Assembly (NCBI GenBank): GCA_963699255.1
Contig: OY969425.1
Coordinates: 570,001-602,000 of the forward strand
DNA from: an uncultured bacterium
GTDB lineage: Bacteria > Margulisbacteria > WOR-1 > CAVSGV01
DNA length: 32,000 nt
Reading direction: 5' to 3'
Below are positions 16,101 through 22,100 of this stretch, piece after piece; position 1 is the stretch's first letter; each line of letters begins with the position of its first letter. The position numbers and the translations under genes were made by a program. Below the pieces are notes generated by a model that was not told the origin of the DNA, searched no databases, and saw nothing but the letters and a program-made list of their open reading frames with translations.

Positions 16101-19100
16101 AGCTAGCCGCATGATCTAAAGCAAAGGCGCAGTTCGTGATGGTCGGGGAGGAATCAGTAAGATAGATACCGCCGCCATTTCCGCTGTATGAATAGCCGGA
16201 ATTGCCCCTCATTATGGTGAAGTACTCGATCGTGGTGGAAGAGCTAAGCCCGGATCCGTACATGCACCGGACCGCGTTCCCTCCATCAACTATCGTCGCT
16301 GACCAGGTCCCTGTCTGCGTCCAGCTGTCATCATATCCGCCTGTCAAAGATACGCCGTTCCCGAGAATAATGGTGCCCGTTCCCGGATCTGTCAGGTCAT
16401 AGGTCCCCTGCTTTACCAGTATCTGATCATTGCCATACGCGGCCGACTCGGCGCTGTTGATCGTCCTGAACGGAGATTCCGGCGTATCTCCGCTGTTCCC
16501 CTCGGGAGAAGCCGCGTCCACATACCAGATCGCCGGAGTCTCTCTCCACGTCTTAAAAGATGCGATCGCACTGGGCAGCCCTTCACCGGCTTCATTGCTG
16601 CCCGAGACCTTCCAGTAGTATGTTGTGGCTGGCGTGAGCCCGCTCCAGGAATAATTTGCCGCCGTCGTCGTTATTATCCCGCCGTTGGTCGCGGTCGGAT
16701 CCGTACCCCACCTTATAATATATGTATCCGGCTGGCCGTCCGGGACAGTCCAGCTGCTGTCGGCGGAATTGGTCGTTTGATTGGTGGTGACCAGGCCTGT
16801 GGGAGCCAGAGGCGTTGCGACTATATTGAATACCTGGCTTGCTCCGCTTCCAAGATTGTAGTAGCTGTCGACCGCCGTTATCTTTATTCTGGCATCGGTG
16901 GTAGGAGTTCCGGGGATCGTCCACATGTAGTCTGAATCGGTCGTGTTTTTGGTCGCTATCTTATATGGATATGATGCTCCGCCGTCTATTGAGTAATAGA
17001 TCGTGATCGGATTGATAAGCGAGCCGCCGCCGCTGTCGCTAGCCATCCAGTCGACATCTTTGCTGCTTCCAACGACCCAGGAAACCCCGCCAGCGGGATC
17101 TTCCACCGAAACCGCGGGCGCCGTGTGGTCAGTTATATTTGACTCGGGACCCGTGTATCCGCTGTAATGGTAGCCCATGTTAACTCTTAAGGAATCCCCA
17201 TATTGCGCCAGAGGATGCGTCCCATAACCTTCCTCCGATCCCAGCCCAAGGTCAAATGCCTCGCCGGTCCCGGTATTTACGCACGGCGAATTAGCATAAA
17301 GGTGTACGTCATTTGGCGCGTTTCTGAACAGCGGATCCGTGCTTATATTCCCGATCCCGGAGCAGCCGCCCTGAATACAGGAATAGTTCACACCAGAAGA
17401 AGACGTCGAGTCATTTAAAATGCTCCCTCCCGGGTTCCCATAAATGATGCAATTGTAAATGACCGGCGATGAATGGTTCGAGTTATAGATGCCCCCGCCG
17501 CCGCCGTCCGAATATGTACCCCAGAAGGCGCTGTTAGAGGTGAATGTGCAGTTGAATATTGCAGGCGAAGAATAGTTGGTGTTATAGATGCCGCCGCCGT
17601 GATCCGCGTTATTTGAAACAAAGAAAAAGTTCTTTACGGTCGGCGAAGAATTTGTCAGATACAGTCCGCCGCCATCGGTGGCGCTGCCATTTTGTATGGT
17701 GAAACCCTCGATCGTTGTGGTAGGGCTGAGATCGATACCGTACATGCACTGTACGCTCCCCTCCCCTGATATTATGGTCGTTAAGGTCCCCGTGCCCTGG
17801 TTCCAGCCGTTGTCATATCCGCCCCTTAAATATACGCCGTCTTCGAGAGTAACGGTGCCGGTATCAGCCAGAGAATATATCCCCTGCCTTACATGTATCT
17901 CATCCCCGCCGAACGCTGCGGACTCGGCGCTTTGGATGGTATTGAACGGAGACTCCGGCGTCGTTCCGCTGTTCCCTTCGGGAGAAGCCGCGTCCACATA
18001 CCAGACCGTCAGGCTGGAACTTCTCGTTTTAAAAGACGCGATCGTACTGTACGGCCCTGCTCCGACTTCATTGGTGGCTAAAACTTTCCAGTAGTATTGG
18101 GTGGCAGGGTTAAGTCCGCTCCAGGAATAATCCGCCTCTGTTGTCATGATTGTGTTTATGTTGTCGGCATTATCGGCATTTGTCCCATAGCTGATAACAT
18201 AATATGCCGGTGAGCCGGCCGGAACGCTCCAGCTGCTGTAGGCGGTGGTCGTCGTTTTATTGATCGTGCTCAGGTTCGTGGGCGCTAACGGGACCGAGCC
18301 TATCGTGAACGCCGGGCTTGCTCCGCTCCCGAGGTTGTAAGAGTTATCCGGCACTGTCACTTTTACCATGGCCTCGTTGGTGTTTATATTGGGGACCGTC
18401 CAGCTATAGGTTTTATCGGTATATTCACATGTGCCTATCTTATTATATGTGGCTCCCTCGTCTGTTGAATAATATATGGTTACGGGATCGGTAAGCCCTC
18501 CGCTGTCGGACGCGTCCCAGGTAATATCGCGGCTCTCCCCGCCGGACCATACTGTGCTGCCTGAGGGTGTATATACCGTTACAGAGGGAGGCGTCGTGTC
18601 GGATATATCTGTTTCAGGACCCGCGTATCCGCTGTAATGGTAGCCCATGTTGACCCGAAGGGAATCTCCGTAAAGGGTATTCTGATTGGTCCCGTAACCC
18701 TCCTCCGATCCCAGACCAAGGTCAAAGGCCTCGCCGGTCCCGTAGTTTACGCAGGGAGAAGTATTATATAGATGCACATTATTCAGCCCGGCCACGAACT
18801 GCGGATTGTCGCTGATATTGCCATCCCCGAGATAGCCGCCCTCTATGCAGGAATATTTTATATCGGGGGAAGATGACCCGTTTGAAATGTTATCTACCGA
18901 GTTCCCGAAGATTATCGAATTAATAATGCCCGGGGAAGAGCAATAGTTGGCGATCCCGCCGCCGCTGGTCGCGCTGTTCGAAGTAATTGTGCAGTTCGAT
19001 ATCTCCGGGGTGGAGGCGCCGTTATATATCCCGCCCCCGCCGCCGCTTGAATGATTTGAAATAAAGGCGCAGTTATTGAGGACGGGCAAAGAGCTTTCGA

Positions 19101-22100
19101 TGTTCGCCATGCCGCCGCCGAGCGCGCTGAGCCCGTTGCTTACGCTGTTCAAAATAAAGGTCGTGTTTTCAATGTCAGGAGAAGAATTGTCGTTCTCCAG
19201 GCCGCCCCCGTTTTCCGCGGTATTTGAAGTAAAGGCGCAGTTTTCAACGGTCGGCGATGAAGCATAGTTCCATAACCCGCCGCCGCTGCCGCTGTCCGCG
19301 TGATTTGAAGTAAAAGCGCAGTTTGAAACTGTTGAAGCCAGCACTCCACTGTTAAACATCCCGCCGCCGTTCGAATCCGCGCTGTTAGAAATAAAGTCGC
19401 AGTTCAAAACTTCCGGAGTTGAAGAAGAATCGCTATACATCCCGCCGCCGTAGTTCGCGATATTTGACTCAAATGAGCAGTTTGAGATAGTTGGGGAGGA
19501 AAAAGTTTCGTTATACATCCCTCCGCCCTCTATCCCGCCGCTGTTCGATGTAAAGGTGCAGTTTGAAATTGTCGGGAAGCAATAATTATCATTCAGCATT
19601 CCGCCGCCAAACACCTCAGCGCTGTTAGAAATAAAGGCGCAATTAGAGATGAATGGAAAAGAGGCGTCACCACTATTAATTCTTGAATTACTAATACCTG
19701 CGCCGCCGCCCGCGCGGTTCAATATAAAGGTGCAATTAGAGACCTCCGGAGATGAGCCGTCGATACAAAGCCCTCCACCGGCATCCCCTGCATAATTTGA
19801 CTCAAAACTGCAGCTTGAAAAAGTTGAAAAAGAGCGAAACATATATATTCCGCCGCCCTGGTAATACGTGTAATTGGATACGAATGCGCAGTTCAATATG
19901 GTCGGTGAAGAATATTCCAGATAAAGTCCGCCGCCGAGGCCGAAAACCGCCCTGTTATTATTAAAGGCACAGTTCGTGATCGTTGGTGAAGAATAAAAAA
20001 GAGCGGCCCCGGCGCCCTTGCCGCCAGTGTCGCCTTCGTATTCATTGACATACCCACCTTGTATCGTGAGGTTTTCAATGGTGGTAGCGGAGCTAAGATC
20101 GTCGCCATACAAGCACCGGACGCTGCCCTCTCCGGATATTATAGTGATTGAAGGGTCATCGATTTGATTCCAACCGTTGTCATATCCGCCTCTCAAATAT
20201 ACGCCGTCCTCGAGAGTGATGGTGCCTGTATGCGGAGCGGTCAGGGAATAGACTCCCATTCTTACATGTATCTCATCACCGTCAATCGCGGCAGACTCGG
20301 CGCTGTTGATGGTATTGAGCGGAGACTCCGGCGTCATTCCGCTGTTCCCCTCCGGAGAAGCCGCATCCACGTACCAGGTCGCAGGATGGCGTATGCTGAA
20401 CTCCCCGCTTTCGCCGGTGCCAAGGTTATAATAAGCATCGGCCATTGTGATCTTTATTTTGGCCTCATTGGTGACAAGATTGGGAACCGTCCAGGGATAG
20501 CTTGTAAGAGTTGCGTCACATGTATCGATCTTAGTATAGACCTTCCCCTCATTTGTTGAATAATAGATGGTGACGGGACTGATAAGCCCGTCGCTATCGG
20601 ACGCTTCCCAGGTAATATCGCGGCTGGTGCCTGTAACCCAGGCATTGCCGGCTGCCGGAGAATATAAAGTGATAGTTGGAGGCGTTGAATCGGGTACATT
20701 TTGTTCAGAGTTAGTGTATCCGGAATAATGGTAGCCCATGTTAACTCTTCCGGCATCGCCATATATCGCCAGAGAATGTGTCCCGTAACCCTGACCGAAA
20801 CCTAATCCAAGGTCTGAAGCCTCGCCGGTCCCTTTATCAACGCAGGGCGAGTTGTTGTAAAGGTGCGCATCGCCTGCTGACGCATTAACGAACAGCGGAT
20901 CTGCATGGATAACGCCGGCGCCTGAAATTATTCCCGGAAAACAGGAATAAGTAATAGTTGGATTGTTGCCTTGAATATCGACTGCGGAATTACCGTAAAT
21001 TATTGAGTTCTTTACTGTAGGAGTACATGAAAAGCTATACAGCCCGCCACCGTTAACTGCGGTATTTTCTGTTAAAGTGCAGTTTGAAATGATCGGCGAA
21101 GATTGGATACAATATATCCCGCCGCCGCCATAACCACCCGTGCCGGCAGTTGAGATATTGAATATAAAGAGGCAGTTTGAGATGGTCGGGGTGGAGTTGG
21201 ATACCTGGCTATATATTCCGCCGCCGGAAGCCCCGGTGTTTGAAGTAAAGGTACAGTTTTCGATGGTTATATTTGCGGTGGCGGCATACTCATATATATA
21301 TATGCCTCCACCGCCGGTGGTGCTTGCGCTATTTGAAGCAAAGGCGCAGTTTGAGATAGTTGGGGAGCCGTAAAAACTAGCTATACCGCCTCCGTTAGTA
21401 GCGTCTGCGCTATTTGACTCAAAGGTACAGTTTAATACCTCCGGGGTGGAGTTGTTGCCATATATTCCGCCGCCGAAACCGGCAATTGCCTTATTTGAAG
21501 TGAAAGTGCAATTTTGAAAGACAGGGGAAGATGCTGTGGCAAATACCCCGCCGCCGCCTGAATTTGCCCTGTTTGAAGTAAAGGCGCAATTTCGGATGGT
21601 CGGGGAGGAGGTGGTAAGAACAAGTCCGCCGCCACAGCCGGCAGCGCCGGAGCCGGAGTTATAACCATTATTTATGGTGAAGCATTCAATAATGGTAGCG
21701 GAGTTAAGGTTTGTTCCGGACAAACATTTGACACTGCCCTCTCCTGATATTATGGAAAGCGAAGGGTCATTAGTGGGATTCCAGCTGTCGTCATAACCGC
21801 CTCCCAAATATACGCCGTTTTTGAGAGTAATAGTGGCAGGCAAACGATATGTCCCGTGTTTCACAAGTATCGCGTCACCGGTAGAGACAACCGACTCGGC
21901 GGTGTTTATGGTTTGAAAGGCGTCAAGCGCAGTAAGCCCGCTGTTAGAGTCGCGCCCATTAATGCTATCAACATAATAAGTTAAAGGCATATTATTCGAC
22001 TCCAGAAATTGATAGGCCTGGGTCGCCCCGACAGGGTCAGAAAGCTGAGTGACAGTGCCGGCCGTGTCATCCAGGGGAACGGCATAGACGGTGTGATATC

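Noticed and set aside
1-21984. Regularly spaced short repeats (about 69-75 bp period) as a CRISPR array.
   Set aside because: The repeats are imperfect and translate in frame into beta-helix coils inside a long ORF. There are no invariant direct repeats with unique spacers, and no cas genes.
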